Numbered from the stretch's first letter, positions 22,605 to 36,432 are shown. The stretch: 64,000 bases of DNA from Macrostomum lignano (GCA_002269645.1 NIVC01001361.1:124001-188000); one strand, 5' to 3'. A program made the numbers and translations. Notes: generated from the letters alone by a model not told the origin.

Positions 22605-23068
22605 GTAAAATGCCCTGCCAGTTTGTATCCACCGACCAGGGGAAACTGTAAAATGCCCTGCCAGTTTGTATCCACCGACCAGGGGAAACTGTAAAATGCC
22701 CTGCCAGTTTGTATCCACCGACCAGGGGAAACCGGAAAATGCCCTGCCAGTTTGTATCCACCGACCAGGGGAAACTGTAAAATGCCCTGCCAGTTTGTAT
22801 CCACCGACCAGGGGAAACTGTAAAATGCCCTGCCAGTTTGTATCCACCGAACAGGGGAAACTGTAAAATGCCCTGCCAGTTTGTATCCACCGACCAGGGG
22901 AAACCGGAAAATGCCCTGCCAGTTTGTATCCACCGACCAGGGGAAACCGGAAAATGCCCTGCCAGTTTGTATCCACCGACCAGGGGAAACCGGAAAATGC
23001 CCTGCCAGTTTGTATCCACCGACCAGGGGAAACCGGAAAATGCCCTGCCAGTTTGTATCCACCGACCA
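22605..23068. repeat. Minisatellite, 43-bp unit, NF1 intron 6
   Basis: aaatgccctgccagtttgtatccaccgaccagggg..., about 11 copies. Confidence 0.95.
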
Positions 23069-23084
23069 GGGAAGACCAGAAAAT

Positions 23085-23560
23085 ACCCCGGTAGTCTCAG
23101 TCTCAATCTCTGTCCAGGTAATACCCCGGTGATCTCAATCTATGTCCGTAATACCCCGGTGATATCAATCTCTACCCAGGTACACCCCGGTAGTCTCAAT
23201 CTCTGCCCAGGTAACACCCCGGTAGTCTCAATCTCTGCCCAGGTAATACCCCGGTGATCTCAATCTATGTCCGTAATACCCCGGTGATATCAATCTCTAC
23301 CCAGGTAACACCCCGGTAGTCTCAATCTCTGCCCAGGTAACACCCCGGTAGTCTCAATCTCTGCCCAGGTAATTCCCCGGTGATCTCAATCTATGTCCGT
23401 AATACCCCGGTGATATCAATCTCTGCCCAGGTAACACCCCGGTAGTCTCAATCTCTGCCCAGGTAACACCCCGGTAGTCTCAATCTCTGCCCAGGTAACA
23501 CCCCGGTAGTCTCAATCTCTGCCCAGGTAACACCCCGGTAGTCTCAATCTCTGCCTAGGC
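23085..23560. repeat. Minisatellite, 32-bp unit containing CAGGTAA, NF1 intron 6
   Basis: caccccggtagtctcaatctctgcccaggtaa. Confidence 0.92.
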
Positions 23561-23645
23561 AATACTCCGGTGGTCTTAAAATTGTCCGGTAATTTTAGCA
23601 CAAACAAACCAAATTTCCCACGCCCATCTCTAATTTCCAACCCAG

Positions 23646-23762
23646 CCGCGCCTGTCATGGTGGCCAACAATCAACAATTTCTATTCGAAATCGGCCGACC
23701 TTCGCAATATGTTTCTGGAAACTCTGAACCGCTTGATGCACCAGCAGCCTAGAATCAGTCAG
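23646..23762 (+). CDS. NF1: NF1 exon 7
   Basis: PRLSWWPTINNFYSKSADLRNMFLETL. Confidence 0.9.
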
Positions 23763-23829
23763 GTTTGACAGTTACCCATTGTCTTTGTTTGCTTGTGCGT
23801 ACATTCAGCGCCTGCGACCTGCTCTGGAT

Positions 23830-24125
23830 TCTCTTTCTGAGACCCTCCCCCTTAGATTCCCTCTCCCGAGACTCTCTCCCCTTTAGATTCCCTCTCCAGA
23901 GACTCTCCCCTTAGATTCCTCCTTCAGAGACTCTCCCCTTAGATTCCTTCCCCAGAGACTCTCTCCCCTTAGATTTCCTCTCCAGAGACTCTCCCCTTAG
24001 ATTTCCTCTCCAGCGACTCTCCCCTTAGATTTCCTCTCCAGAGACTCTCTCCACTTAGATTCCTTCCCCAGAAACTCTCTCCCCTTAGATTCCTTCCCTA
24101 TAGACTTTCCCATTTTAGACTCCCA
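23830..24125. repeat. Degenerate array related to 24810-27095, NF1 intron 7
   Basis: ccccttagattcc...ccagagactctc. Confidence 0.85.
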
Positions 24126-24809
24126 TCCGAGTCCTTTTTCGATTTTTTAATTGACTCACCCCCTATATTATTGTATATTAGGGGCTATATAAAGAATATT
24201 TAAGAAGTGCAATTAGCCCTGATCGAGTACACTGTATCCTAATTCATCCGCTCTCGTGTGGAAAGCGTCAAGGAGGGTTGGAAAAAAATAATGATATTGA
24301 TAATAACAGACGGACGAGACAGATGGATGCAAGCTAGCTATGGGAAGAGGGGTAGAGAGAGCAGAGGGAGCTCGGTTAGGGCTGGGGTTGTGTAAGGGAT
24401 TTGAGCCTGATCTAGATTTAGACGCCGAAAGCAGGTAGCTAACAGCCAGCTTTATGAGCGCGTATTGAAACTGACTCCCTAGGCTAGTTAGGATTCGAAA
24501 GACTAAGATTGGGAGAGGCTCAACAGGTTCCGTGTCGCCACACCCGCGCGCTCTCCCCTGCTTGTCGGGCTCTTCTCCATAGCGTGTTTCACGGCTCGAA
24601 TATTCTGCTAAGCTCAACTGGCTATAACCGAATCCTAGCTCTGCGAGCGTGGGCGGGTGTGTTCGCGCTTTCACATGCCTGTTTTTTGCTTACCTGTGTG
24701 TGCATGTCTGTGCACTTTTGTTCTTATTTGAGTCCATTCTGATTTTACTCACAGCTTTCTCTGCCAGGGTATTCAACTATATGACAACGAGACTCCCCCA
24801 GCTTTTTTT

Positions 24810-27095
24810 CCTCCCTTTGATTCTCCCCCTTAGATTTCGTCTCCAGAGGCTCTCTCTCCTTAGATTCCGTCTCCAGAGGCTCTCTCTCCTTAGATTCCGT
24901 CTCCAGAGGCTCTCTTCCCTTAGATTCCGTCTCCAGAGGCTCTCTCACCTTAGATTCCGTCTCCAGAGGCTCTCTTCCCTTAGATTCCGTCTCCAGAGGC
25001 TCTCTCACCTTAGATTCCGTCTCCAGAGGCTCTCTCTCCTTAGATTCCGTCTCCAGAGACTCTCTCTCCTTAGATTCCGTCTCCAGAGGCTCTCTCACCT
25101 TAGATTCCGTCTCCAGAGACTCTCTCTCATTAGATACCGTCTCCAGAGACTCTCTCTCCTTAGATTCTGTCTCCAGAGACTCTCTCTCCTTAGATACCGT
25201 CTCCAGAGACTCTCTTCCCTTAGATTCCGTCTCCAGAGACTCTCTTCCCTTAGATTCCGTCTCCAGAGACTCCCTCCCCTTAGATTCCGTCTCCAGAGAC
25301 TCTCTCTCCTTAGATTCCGTCTCCAGAGACTCTCTCTCCTTAGATTCCGTCTCCAGAGACTCTCTCTCTCCTTAGATTCCGTCTCCAGAGACTCTCTCTA
25401 CTTAGATTCCTTCCCCAGAGACTCTCTTCCCTTAGATACCGTCTCCAGAGACTCTCTCCTTAGATTCCGTCTCCAGAGACTCTCTCCTTAGATTCCGTCT
25501 CCAGAGACTCTCTCTCTCCTTAGATTCCGTCTCCAGAGACTCTCTCTACTTAGATTCCTTCCCCAGAGACTCTCTTCCCTTAGATTCCGTCTCCAGAGAC
25601 TCTCTTCCCTTAGATTCCGTCTCCAGAGACTCTCTCTCCTTAGATTCTGTCTCCAGAGACTCTCTCTCCTTAGATTCCGTCTCCAGAGACTCTCTCTCCT
25701 TAGATTCCGTCTCCCGAGACTCTCTTCCCTTAGATTCCGTCTCCAGAGACTCTCTTCCCTTAGATTCCTTCTCCAGAGACTCTCTCTCCTTAGATTCCGT
25801 CTCCAGAGACTCTCTCTCCTTAGATTCTGTCTCCAGAGACTCTCTCTCCTTAGATACCGTCTCCAGAGACTCTCTTCCCTTAGATTCCGTCTCCAGAGAC
25901 TCTCTTCCCTTAGATTCCGTCTCCAGAGACTCCCTCCCCTTAGATTCCGTCTCCAGAGACTCTCTCTCCTTAGATTCCGTCTCCAGAGACTCTCTCTCCT
26001 TAGATTCCGTCTCCAGAGACTCTCTCTCTCCTTAGATTCCGTCTCCAGAGACTCTCTCTACTTAGATTCCTTCCCCAGAGACTCTCTTCCCTTAGATACC
26101 GTCTCCAGAGACTCCCTCCCCTTAGATTCCGTCTCCAGAGACTCTCTCTCCTTAGATTCCGTCTCCAGAGACTCTCTCTCCTTAGATTCTGTCTCCAGAG
26201 ACTCTCTCTCCTTAGATACCGTCTCCAGAGACTCTCTTCCCTTAGATTCCGTCTCCAGAGACTCTCTTCCCTTAGATACCGTCTCCAGAGACTCTCTTCC
26301 CTTAGATTCCTTCTCCAGAGACTCTCTTCCCTTAGATTCCGTCTCCAGAGACTCTCTTCCCTTAGATTCCGTCTCCAGAGACTCTCTCCCCTTAGATTCC
26401 GTCTCCAGAGACTCTCTCTCCTTAGATTCCGTCTCCAGAGACTCTCTCTCCTTAGATTCCGTCTCCAGAGACTCTCTCTCCTTAGATTCCGTCTCCAGAG
26501 ACTCTCTCTCTCCTTAGATTCCGTCTCCAGAGACTCTCTCTACTTAGATTCCTTCCCCAGAGACTCTCTTCCCTTAGATTCCGTCTCCAGAGACTCTCTC
26601 CTTAGATTCCGTCTCCAGAGACTCTCTCTCCTTAGATTCCGTCTCCAGAGACTCTCTCTCTCCTTAGATTCCGTCTCCAGAGACTCTCTCTACTTAGATT
26701 CCTTCCCCAGAGACTCTCTTCCCTTAGATTCCGTCTCCAGAGACTCTCTCCTTAGATTCCGTCTCCAGAGACTCTCTCTCCTTAGATTCTTTCTCCAGAG
26801 ACTCTCTCTCCTTAGATTCCGTCTCCAGAGACTCTCTCTCCTTAGATTCCGTCTCCCGAGACTCTCTTCCCTTAGATTCCGTCTCCAGAGACTCTCTTCC
26901 CTTAGATTCCTTCTCCAGAGACTCTCTCTCCTTAGATTCCGTCTCCAAAGACTCTCTCTACTTAGATTCCGTCTCCAGAGACTCTCTCTCCTTAGATTCC
27001 GTCTCCAGAGACTCTCTCTACTTAGATTCCTTCCCCAGAGACTCTCTCCCTTAGATTCCTTCCCCAGAGACTCTCCTCTTTAGATTCCTTCTCCA
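24810..27095. repeat. Large minisatellite, ~30-bp unit (ccttagattccgtctccagagactctctct), NF1 intron 7
   Basis: About 2.3 kb of units. Confidence 0.97.
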
Positions 27096-27431
27096 GAGAC
27101 TCTTTTTTAGGGTTTTTTCTCTAACAGAGAATGCCCTAATATATATCCATGTATTACGAGCTATCTTCAGTCTAGTCGGTTTCATTAGTAAGCATTTTCT
27201 TTAATGCATCGTTAATCTTGTCGCCTCATATATATGTCCCGCGTAGCAGCACGGGACAGGAGATGCCTAATGGTACTTGGCACAATCCAATTAGCTTGTC
27301 ACGAGGCGGCTGAATAATTCAAACGTCAATCCTGCCAAAATACTCTCCATGTGACTGTTGAAATTGGAGCCAGCTAAAAGCAATTATTTAGTACTAATAT
27401 ATTATAATAAGTAGCTAAGTCTGCCGTGTTT

Positions 27432-27735
27432 TCAGCCCACCTGAGTCAGGCATCTCCCCACCTGAGTCAGGCATCTCCCCATCTGAGTTAGGCATCTCCT
27501 CACCTGAGTCAGGCATCTCCCCACCTGAGTCGGGCATCTCCCCACCTGAGTCAACCATCTCCCCACCTGAGTCGGGCATCTCCCCACCTGAGTCGGGCAT
27601 CTCCCCACCTGAGTCAACTATCTCCTCACCTGAGTCAGGCATCTCCCCACCTGAGTCGGGCATCTCCCCACCTGAGTCGGGCATCTCCCCACCTGAGTCA
27701 ACTATCTCCTCACCTGAGTCGGGCATCTCCCCACC
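27432..27735. repeat. Minisatellite, 21-bp unit (cccacctgagtcgggcatctc), NF1 intron 7
   Basis: Visible. Confidence 0.92.
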
Positions 27736-27773
27736 CAACAAAGGCTAACTAGCTCGATCCCATTTTCCCACAG

Positions 27774-27890
27774 TCTCGCGGCATGATTCCTCGAATGCGG
27801 GAGAAAACGGACGGCGACTTGTCGGCCAAGTACAGCCTCCTGCTCGGCATGGTTCGCCTAATCAATGACGATCCCATTCTGATGCTGCAT
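27774..27890 (+). CDS. NF1: NF1 exon 8
   Basis: SRGMIPRMREK...KYSLLLGMVRLINDDPILMLH. Confidence 0.88.
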
Positions 27891-28265
27891 GTAAGTGTTA
27901 ATTTTGTCTATTTTGAGGGACCGCCCCAATTCTATGCAACAGCTATTGTCTGTGCCTAGCTTATTGTACTAGAATGGGTATTTGGAAAATTGCTTTCACA
28001 AGCCAGTTTTATTGTTAAATCTGAGCAGCATTTTTCCGATCATTGACGCAAAAATCATATTTTTTGCCCAGCAACAACATCCTATTGACGATTTCTATTT
28101 AAACTGACGGCTTGCCTCATCTCTCGATCAGTGCAGCATGGGGGGGGGGAGAAATAAGTAGAAATTTCTTATCCCTACACGAATCCCGACTGAGCCGTTG
28201 GGTTCACGGAGATGTCGTAATAATTATAATTTTACTAAGCCGAACTCTTAACTCAATGTCATGCG

Positions 28266-29095
<830 letters not shown>

Positions 29096-29142
29096 AGCCC
29101 GGACAAGCAGTTGTACTGTTCCCCACACGCCCGGTACCGCAG

Positions 29143-29596
29143 AACCCGCCGGGCAGGTGCGGCCGCGAAGTTCAGCAGAGCACACTGGAGCTGATGAACG
29201 GTCTGGTGGACATTCTGCACTTCTCCAGCGTGGTGTGCCCGGACCTGATGCAGGAGTCCATGCAGGCGCTGCTCACCCTGCACCAGCCGCACATCATCGA
29301 GCTGTGGAACCCCGCCGAACCGATGGTGTGCTTCTGGGACATCAGCAGCCACGTGCTGTACACGGTCAGCCAGAAGCTGATCCAGCGGCAGATCGCCAAC
29401 TACGGAGACGTGCTGCGCTGGCTGAAGGACATCCTGATCTGTCGAAACGCTTTTTTGGAGAAGCACAAAGAGCTGGCGAATGTTGGCTCTAATGAGAATC
29501 TTTGTCGGCAGGCTCTCATCAAACTGGAGATGGTGTTCTTTATGTACCTGTGGTCACTGGACATTGAGGCTGTGCTCACCGCTATGAGCTGTTTCG
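29143..29596 (+). CDS. NF1: NF1 exon 9
   Basis: NPPGR...IELWNP...[13 protein letters not shown]...[10 protein letters not shown]. Confidence 0.93.
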
Positions 29597-30198
29597 GTGA
29601 GGCTTCTGCCGCTTTTGTTATAATCGCCGGCCTGAATTTTAATAAGCACTAAATTGATCTTTTTATCTTCTCTGGACTTTCGAATGGCAAATGAAGCAAG
29701 CAAATGCAATGTTGCGGCTGTACATACTTCTCTTCCTTATATAGAGTTTGTCTATGGTAAAACCTATTTAGAAGTATTTAGAACTGCAACTGTCGATCTC
29801 TGTTTGAAAGAAAATTCAATCAATTCAGCGGGGTTGAAAGAGTGCGTTTTTGTGCCAGCTGATTTTTGTCCATATGATTTTGGATAGTTTATTATAACTG
29901 TAAGTTAAATATGTAGGTCAGTGATAGATATATTGGTTATGTATGACAATTTCCTGAATTCTGTTTCTTTTCACTTTATCAATCACTAATTCACACGCTC
30001 ACTGATTCACACTCTCACTGATTCACCCACCCACAGTTTCACTTCATCACTGCATAACTCGGCCACACGCCCTGCTCACATTTATAGCCACTGTGTATTT
30101 GCACTGTGTTCTAACAAATCAGTTTCATTGTCAGTCATGTTTTTGCACCGCGTACATATCTATATGGCATGCCCGCTTCGCCCCACTTTCTCACTCAG

Positions 30199-30384
30199 GC
30201 CTGCTGTGCCAGGAGGCCGAGCTCCGGTCGCTATACGAGGATCTGAACCCGCTCACCCTGATGCCCAACTACGATATTTACCTGGAGATTGCTCACTCCA
30301 GTCACACTATTCTCACTACGGGCAGGGCCCATCTGCAGAAACAGATTATGTGTCTGTTAAGGAAGGTCCTGTATCCTACTCCTG
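30199..30384 (+). CDS. NF1: NF1 exon 10
   Basis: LLCQEAELR...TGRAHLQKQIMCLLRKVLYPTP. Confidence 0.92.
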
Positions 30385-30419
30385 GTATGTGTACTTATGC
30401 TGCTGTACTTTTATATTCA

Positions 30420-30960
30420 CCGGTTCTCTTGGGTAAAGTCACAGCTGAATTCCTCGGTTCTCCTGGGTAAGTTCACTAGTGAGTTCCCCGGTTCTCTTGG
30501 GTAAGGTCACATGTGAATTCCCCGGTTCTCCCGAGTAAAGGTGACAGGTAAATTCCCCGGTTATTTTGGTTAAGGTAACAGGTAAATTCCTCAGTTCTTC
30601 CGGGTAAGATCACAGGTGAATTCCCTGGTACTCCTGGGTAAGGTCACAGGTGAATTCCGTGGTACTCCGGGGTAAGATCACAGGTGAATTCCCTGGTACT
30701 CCTGGGTAAGATCACAGGTGAATTCCCTGGTACTCCTGGGTAAGGTCACAGGTGAATTCAATGGTACTCGTGGGTAAGGTCACAGGTGAATTCCCCGGTA
30801 TTCGTGGGTAAAGTCACAGGTGATGAATTCCCCTGTACTCCTGGGTAAGGTCACAGGTGAAGTCCCCGGTACTCGTGGGTAAGTTCACAAGTGAATTCCC
30901 CGGTATTCCTGGGTAAGGTCACAGGTGAATTCCCCGGTACTCCTGGGTAAGGTCACAGGT
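30420..30960. repeat. Minisatellite, 34-bp unit with GGTAAG and CAGGTG, NF1 intron 10
   Basis: ggtcacaggtgaattccctggtactcctgggtaa. Confidence 0.92.
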
Positions 30961-31047
30961 GATTTGTGAAAATAATCGCGTAGTACGAGTATAAAGTTCC
31001 TAACTGCCATAAGAGTCAAAATATTCTGCTTGAAATTTGCCCTTCAG

Positions 31048-31489
31048 GCAACATCCAAGCTTGGGAGGAGACTTTCATGAACTGGAAATCGGCCACCAGC
31101 TACTTGGTAGCTTATCCCAAAGTGAAATCTGATGAGAGCGCCGAGTCTTCAGCTTACAAATCTGTGTTGAAGCGGCGTCACAGCCACCAGAACTCCGAGC
31201 ACGAGCTTGAGGACACGCTGAACGAATGGGTGAATCAGACCGGCTTCCTGGCCGCTCTAGGCAGCGTCACTCTTCACTACGCTCTGCGTTCGCAGGCCGC
31301 GGCGCCCACGCCTGTGTCCGGCGGCGCCGCCTCCGCCGCTCCGGCCGGCTCTCCCGCCAACCCAGCCGGCAGTACTGCGGCGGTCTCTACCGCCACCTCT
31401 GCTGCCGCCGCGGCCGCAGCCGCAGCCGCTGCCCCAATCGATCCGCGACTTTATCCCCTTGGTGACAACCAGTACTGCCCTGTGACTCA
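31048..31489 (+). CDS. NF1: NF1 exon 11
   Basis: NIQAWEETF...EWVNQTGFLAALGSV...YCPVT. Confidence 0.92.
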
Positions 31490-31544
31490 GTGAGTCGGGT
31501 CGGTTTGCTTGTTTTTTGTTGCCTTAGGGGCTAGGAATGTGTGT

Positions 31545-32190
31545 TTTGTTGGGGTAGGAAAGTGGGGTTTATCGGGGATAGGAATGTGGGGTTTATTGGG
31601 GGTTCGAAAGTGGGGTTTATTGAGGGTAGGAAAGTGGGGTTTATTGGGGGTATAAAAGTGGGGTTTATTGGGGGTAGCAAAGTGAGGTTTATTAGGGGTT
31701 TGAAAGTGGGGTTTATTGGGGGTAGGAAAGTGGGGTTTATTGGGGATAGGAAAGAGGGGCTTATTGGGGGTAGGAAAGGGGGGTTTATTGGGGATAGGAA
31801 AGGGGGGTTTATTGGGGGTAGGAAAGTGAGGTTTATTGAGGGTAGGAAAGTGAGGTTTATTGGGGGTTGGAAAGTGAGGTTTATTGGGGGTAGGAAAGTG
31901 GGGTTTATTGGGGGTAGGAAAGTGGGGTTTATTGGGGGTAGGAAAGTAAGGTTTATTGGGGGTAGCAAAGTGAGGTTTATTAGGGGTTGGAAAGTGGGGT
32001 TTATTGGGGGTAGGAAAGTGGGGTTTATTGGGGGTAGGAAAGTGGGGTTTATTGGGGATAGGAAAGAGGGGTTTATTGGGGGAAGAAAATGAGGTTTATT
32101 AGGGGTTGGAAAGTGGGGTTTATTGGGGGTAGGAAAGGTGAGTTTATTGGGGGTAGGAAAGTGGGGTTTATCCGGGGTAGGAAAGTTGGT
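31545..32190. repeat. G-rich minisatellite, 24-bp unit (gggtttattgggggtaggaaagtg), NF1 intron 11
   Basis: Visible. Confidence 0.93.
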
Positions 32191-32425
32191 TTTGCGAGTG
32201 TTGTAAATTAGATTTAGGAACGGATTTAGCTTGGGTAGGAAAGCTTTGAGCGGTCTATATTTGCATTGAAATTTAGTAGGAATGTACTTTAAGTAGCTAC
32301 AAAGTAAATAAAGTTCAATTTGTACAATCCGTGCCCTAAACGTGACAGTATTGTATTTTTGCTGGACCTAAACTAATGCAAATTAGTGTCGAACGTGTTT
32401 GCAAATAACACATAAGATTACACAG

Positions 32426-32746
32426 CGCTGGCGGCAACTCGGAACGCTCGCCAGTTAATTTGAATTCGTCGGCGGCTGCAGCAAGTGGCACCGCGGAGCC
32501 GCCGCCGCCGCCGCCGCTGCAGCCTCCGTCGTTTTTAGAGTTGCGGCAGTCGCAGTCTGGCCAGCTGCAGCCGCCGCGCACCCTGCAGTTGGTGCGGACA
32601 CCGGACAGTCATCGGCACCAGCGGCACAGCTGGCTGTCGCCAAACGCAGTTGGCAAGAAATCGCATCTGCAGCACTTGCAGCTGCACAGGCAGTGCGCCA
32701 CCCCCCCTGCCACCGCCCTGCCCTACCTGTTCTCATACGTGCCGGA
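32426..32746 (+). CDS. Candidate in-frame NF1 cassette exon (107 codons) in intron 11
   Basis: cacAG|C ... GA|GTGAGT, phase 2-2, stop-free, GC-rich island; the acceptor lacks a good pyrimidine tract. Confidence 0.35.
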
Positions 32747-32889
32747 GTGAGTGCCTGAGAATTGGACTGGAATGCGAGCCTTTTTTGAGCGCGGATGGAC
32801 TGGCTAAAATTTGTGTGCCTTTTGTGAAGGTCGATTTTTTTAAACACTGACGATTGTTTGACTTTAAAGGTATGGACATATCTCTATCA

Positions 32890-33480
32890 ACCCTTTGAAG
32901 TGCGGCCAAAACTATCTCTCTCTCGAAACCTTTTAAAGTGCCGCCACAACTCTCTCTGAACTCTTTGAAGTGCCGCCACAACTCTCTCTAAACCCTTTAG
33001 AGTGGCGTCACAACTCTCTCTAAACCCTTTGAAGTGCCGCCACAACTCTCTCTAAACCCTTTGAAGTGCCGCCACAGCTCTTTCTGAACTCTTTGAAGTG
33101 CCGCCACAACTCTTTCTGAACCCTTTGAAGTGCCGCCGCAATTCTCTCTAAACCCTTTAGAGTGGCGTCACAACTCTCTCTGAACCCTTTAAAGTGCCGC
33201 CATAACTCTTTCTGAACCCTTTGAAGTGCCGCCACAACTCTCTCTAAACCTTTTGAAGTGCCGCCGCAATTCTCTCTAAACCCTTTAGAGTGGTGTCACA
33301 ACTCTCTCTGAACCCTTTGAAGTGCCGCCACAACTCTTTCTGAACCCTTTGAAGTGCCGCCACAACTCTTTCTGAACCCTTTGAAGTGCCGCCGCAATTC
33401 TCTCTAAACCCTTTAGAGTGGCGTCACAACTCTCTTTAAACCCTTTGAAGTGCGGCCACAACTATCTCTTTAAGTGCCAC
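32890..33480. repeat. Minisatellite, 32-bp unit (aaccctttgaagtgccgccacaactctctct...), NF1 intron 11
   Basis: Same unit at 35335-35900. Confidence 0.92.
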
Positions 33481-33923
33481 CACAACAAAGGGATGAAATA
33501 GCCAGGTTCTAAATTAAGAATTCCTATCTCGCTAGTGCATTCTGTAGAAAAATTGAGCCTTGTAGTGTTAAAAAATCGGCCTAATCCATTTCGAAGGTTT
33601 TGCTGTACAGTTTTGCGTCATTTAGTACTTGAAGAGTTGCGAAATTAGCCTGGACTGAGAGCTTTGCTGGTTTTGCATGGGTTCGAATGATAATCTGCAA
33701 TTTCTGTTTTTCAGTTGCATGAAATTAATATTCATTGTCTTTTCATTTTTAAAGACATTAAGTCATCTTGTATTCAAGGTAAACAAACCGTCGTTGCTAT
33801 GCTGTTGATATGCGGCTAAATAGAAGCGCACGAATTTGTGCTGAAGTGCAGCATGGCATCTATTTTATGAAGCTAAGTACTGTATTCCAATGCTCAATGA
33901 TTTCCTAATGGAATCTCATGCAG

Positions 33924-34098
33924 GTTCATCGGCAACATGCTGAGGCTGCTGGTCTGCCAGAATGACAAATTCGGCGCCCAGATCCAGCGCCACGTCAAGG
34001 AGCTTCTTGGCCAGCAGTTAAATCCGTTTGTCTATCCGCTGCTGTTTGAGCAGGTCAAGCTCTACATCGAGAAGTGCTTCAGCTCGCAGGGAACTCAG
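33924..34098 (+). CDS. NF1: NF1 exon 12
   Basis: FIGNMLRLLVCQNDKFG...FSSQGTQ. Confidence 0.92.
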
Positions 34099-34107
34099 GT
34101 GAATAAC

Positions 34108-34760
34108 TATGTGATGTGTCTGTGGCACAGCTGTGTCACTGTGTGATGTGTGATGTGTCTGTGGCACAGCTGTGTCACTGTGTGATGTGTGATGTGTCTG
34201 TGGCACAGCTGTGTCACTGTGTGATGTGTGATGTGTCTGTGGCACAGCTGTGTCACTGTGTGATGTGTGATGTGTCTGTGGCACAGCTGTGTCACTGTGT
34301 GATGTGTGATGTGTCTGTGGCACAGCTGTGGGACTGTATGATGTGTCTGTGGCACAGCTGTGGGACTGTATGATGTCTGTGGCACAGCTGTGAGACTGTA
34401 TGATGTGTCTGTGGCACAGCTGTGTCACTGTATGATGTGTCTGTGGCACAGCTGTGTCACTGTATGATGTGTCTGTGGCACAGCTGTGTCACTGTATGAT
34501 GTGTCTGTGGCACAGCTGTGTCACTGTATGATGTGTCTGTGGCACAGCTGTGGGACTGTATGATGTGTCTGTGGCACAGCTGTGTCACTGTATGATGTGT
34601 CTGTGACACAGCTGTGTCACTGTATGATGTGTCTGTGGCACAGCTGTGGGACTGTATGATGTGTCTGTGGCACAGCTGTGGGACTGTATGATGTGTCTGT
34701 GGCACAGCTGTGTCACTGTATGATGTGTCTGTGGCACAGCTGTGTCACTATATGATGTGT
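34108..34760. repeat. Minisatellite, 37/32-bp units (tgatgtgtctgtggcacagctgtgtcactgta), NF1 intron 12
   Basis: Visible. Confidence 0.94.
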
Positions 34761-35334
34761 CTGAGGTATACTCTCAGAATAGGTAAATAATGAATAAGGT
34801 GGTTACTATGTATAGACTATGTATTAGCATCATCAAATCCAGTAGAAATTCCACCTCGCAATACTTTTGATGACGTCATTTTTTATTATATAGAATTTCT
34901 GTCATTTTCCTCTGCGCCTACCGTGGAGAGTGGCGCGGCTGTATTTATAGAGTTGGTTAATAGGCACCCGCATTCTAGCTGCAAGCCGTCTTGCTGCCCG
35001 GTAACCCTTATAGGATTTAATTGCAAGGAAAAGAAGGGCAGTCATTAAGGGAACCTCTGTGCAGTCTTGTTTAGCATTATTTAAAGCACGCCTTGTGACG
35101 TCCTTTTTTCGGCTTAGGCTGCCTAACGAGTAGTTTTTTGCACACGACACAAGTAATATAGCTATATTGATGCTTATATTGTGAATAATAGTTTTATTTC
35201 TAACACCGATGTGCGACTGCAAAAGCTAAGGCAACTTGCGGGCATTGATGTGGTCTCGTCAGCTTCCGACTTCGGGCACATACTTTTTGTCACTTTTTGT
35301 TAAATCCAGTGGCCAATTTTTTCTCTCTAGTTCT

Positions 35335-35900
35335 TAACCCTTTGAAGTGCCGCCACAACTCTCTCCAAATCCTTTGAAATGCCGCCACAACTCCCTCTCT
35401 AAACCCTTTGAAATGCCGCCACAACTCCCTCTTTAAACCCTTTGAAGTGCCGCCACAACTCTCTCCAAACCCTTTGAAGTGCCGCCACAACTCTCTCCAA
35501 ACCCTTTGAAGTGCCGCCACAACTCTTTCTGAACCCTTTGAAGTGCCGGCACAACTCTCTCTAAACCCTTTGAAGTGCTGGCACAACTCTTTCTGAACCC
35601 TTTGAAGTGCCGCCACAACTCTTTCTGAACCCTTTGAAGTGCCGCGACAACTCTTTCTTAACCCCTTGAAGTGCCGCCACAACTCTTTCTGAACCCTTTG
35701 AAGTGCCGGCACAACTCTTTCTGAACCCTTTGAAGTGCCGCTACAGCTCTTTCTGAACCCTTTGAAGTGCCGCCACAACTCTTTCTTAACCCTTTGAAGT
35801 GCCGCTACAGCTCTTTCTGAACCCTTTGAAGTGCCGCCACAACTCTTTCTTAACCCTTTGAAGTGCCGCCACAACTCTGGACCCTTTGAAGTGCCGCCCT
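35335..35900. repeat. Minisatellite, 32-bp unit, NF1 intron 12
   Basis: Same family as 32890-33480. Confidence 0.93.
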
Positions 35901-36026
35901 AGTCAGCCTTCAATCTTGATGATGTACAGTTTACATTTTTTGCCAGTGTACTCCAGTAAACTATTTAGCACAAACAAATAACGATTCTAAATAAATGTGA
36001 GTAATTAAAAATCCCTTTCCCTACAG

Positions 36027-36302
36027 GTTCTCGTGAACGATTCCAACACGCTATTCATGGAGAACATAATCTACATTCTAAAGAGCATACTAGAGGAGAA
36101 ATCCACCCCGGCCGAGGCGCGCAGCGAGCACCTAGCCGGTTCATCTTTGGAGAGCATCATTTTAAACATTATTCGCTACGTCCGGCACGTGGAGTGTCCG
36201 CACTCCAAGTCAATTAAAATCCGACTCTGCCAGCTGGTCACAGTGCTAATGGCCCGCAGAGAGGACTTGTCATTTAGGCAGGAGATTAAATTTCGCAACA
36301 AG
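36027..36302 (+). CDS. NF1: NF1 exon 13
   Basis: VLVNDSNTLFME...DLSFRQEIKFRNK. Confidence 0.93.
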
Positions 36303-36432
36303 GTAAATTTTATTACAATTACGGCCTTTGTAAGCCACCTTTTTTCAAAGCTAAAAATATCCTAAGAGTTGTCGAGATTTTCAGCTTGCGTCAGTCTTTG
36401 TAGTTGTCTGCAGTGCCAAAGTGGATAACTTT

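Noticed and set aside
24213-24742. ORFs 24213-24674 (-) and 24509-24742 (+)
   Set aside because: No recognisable domain or phase-compatible splice sites; probably a dispersed repeat between two arrays.
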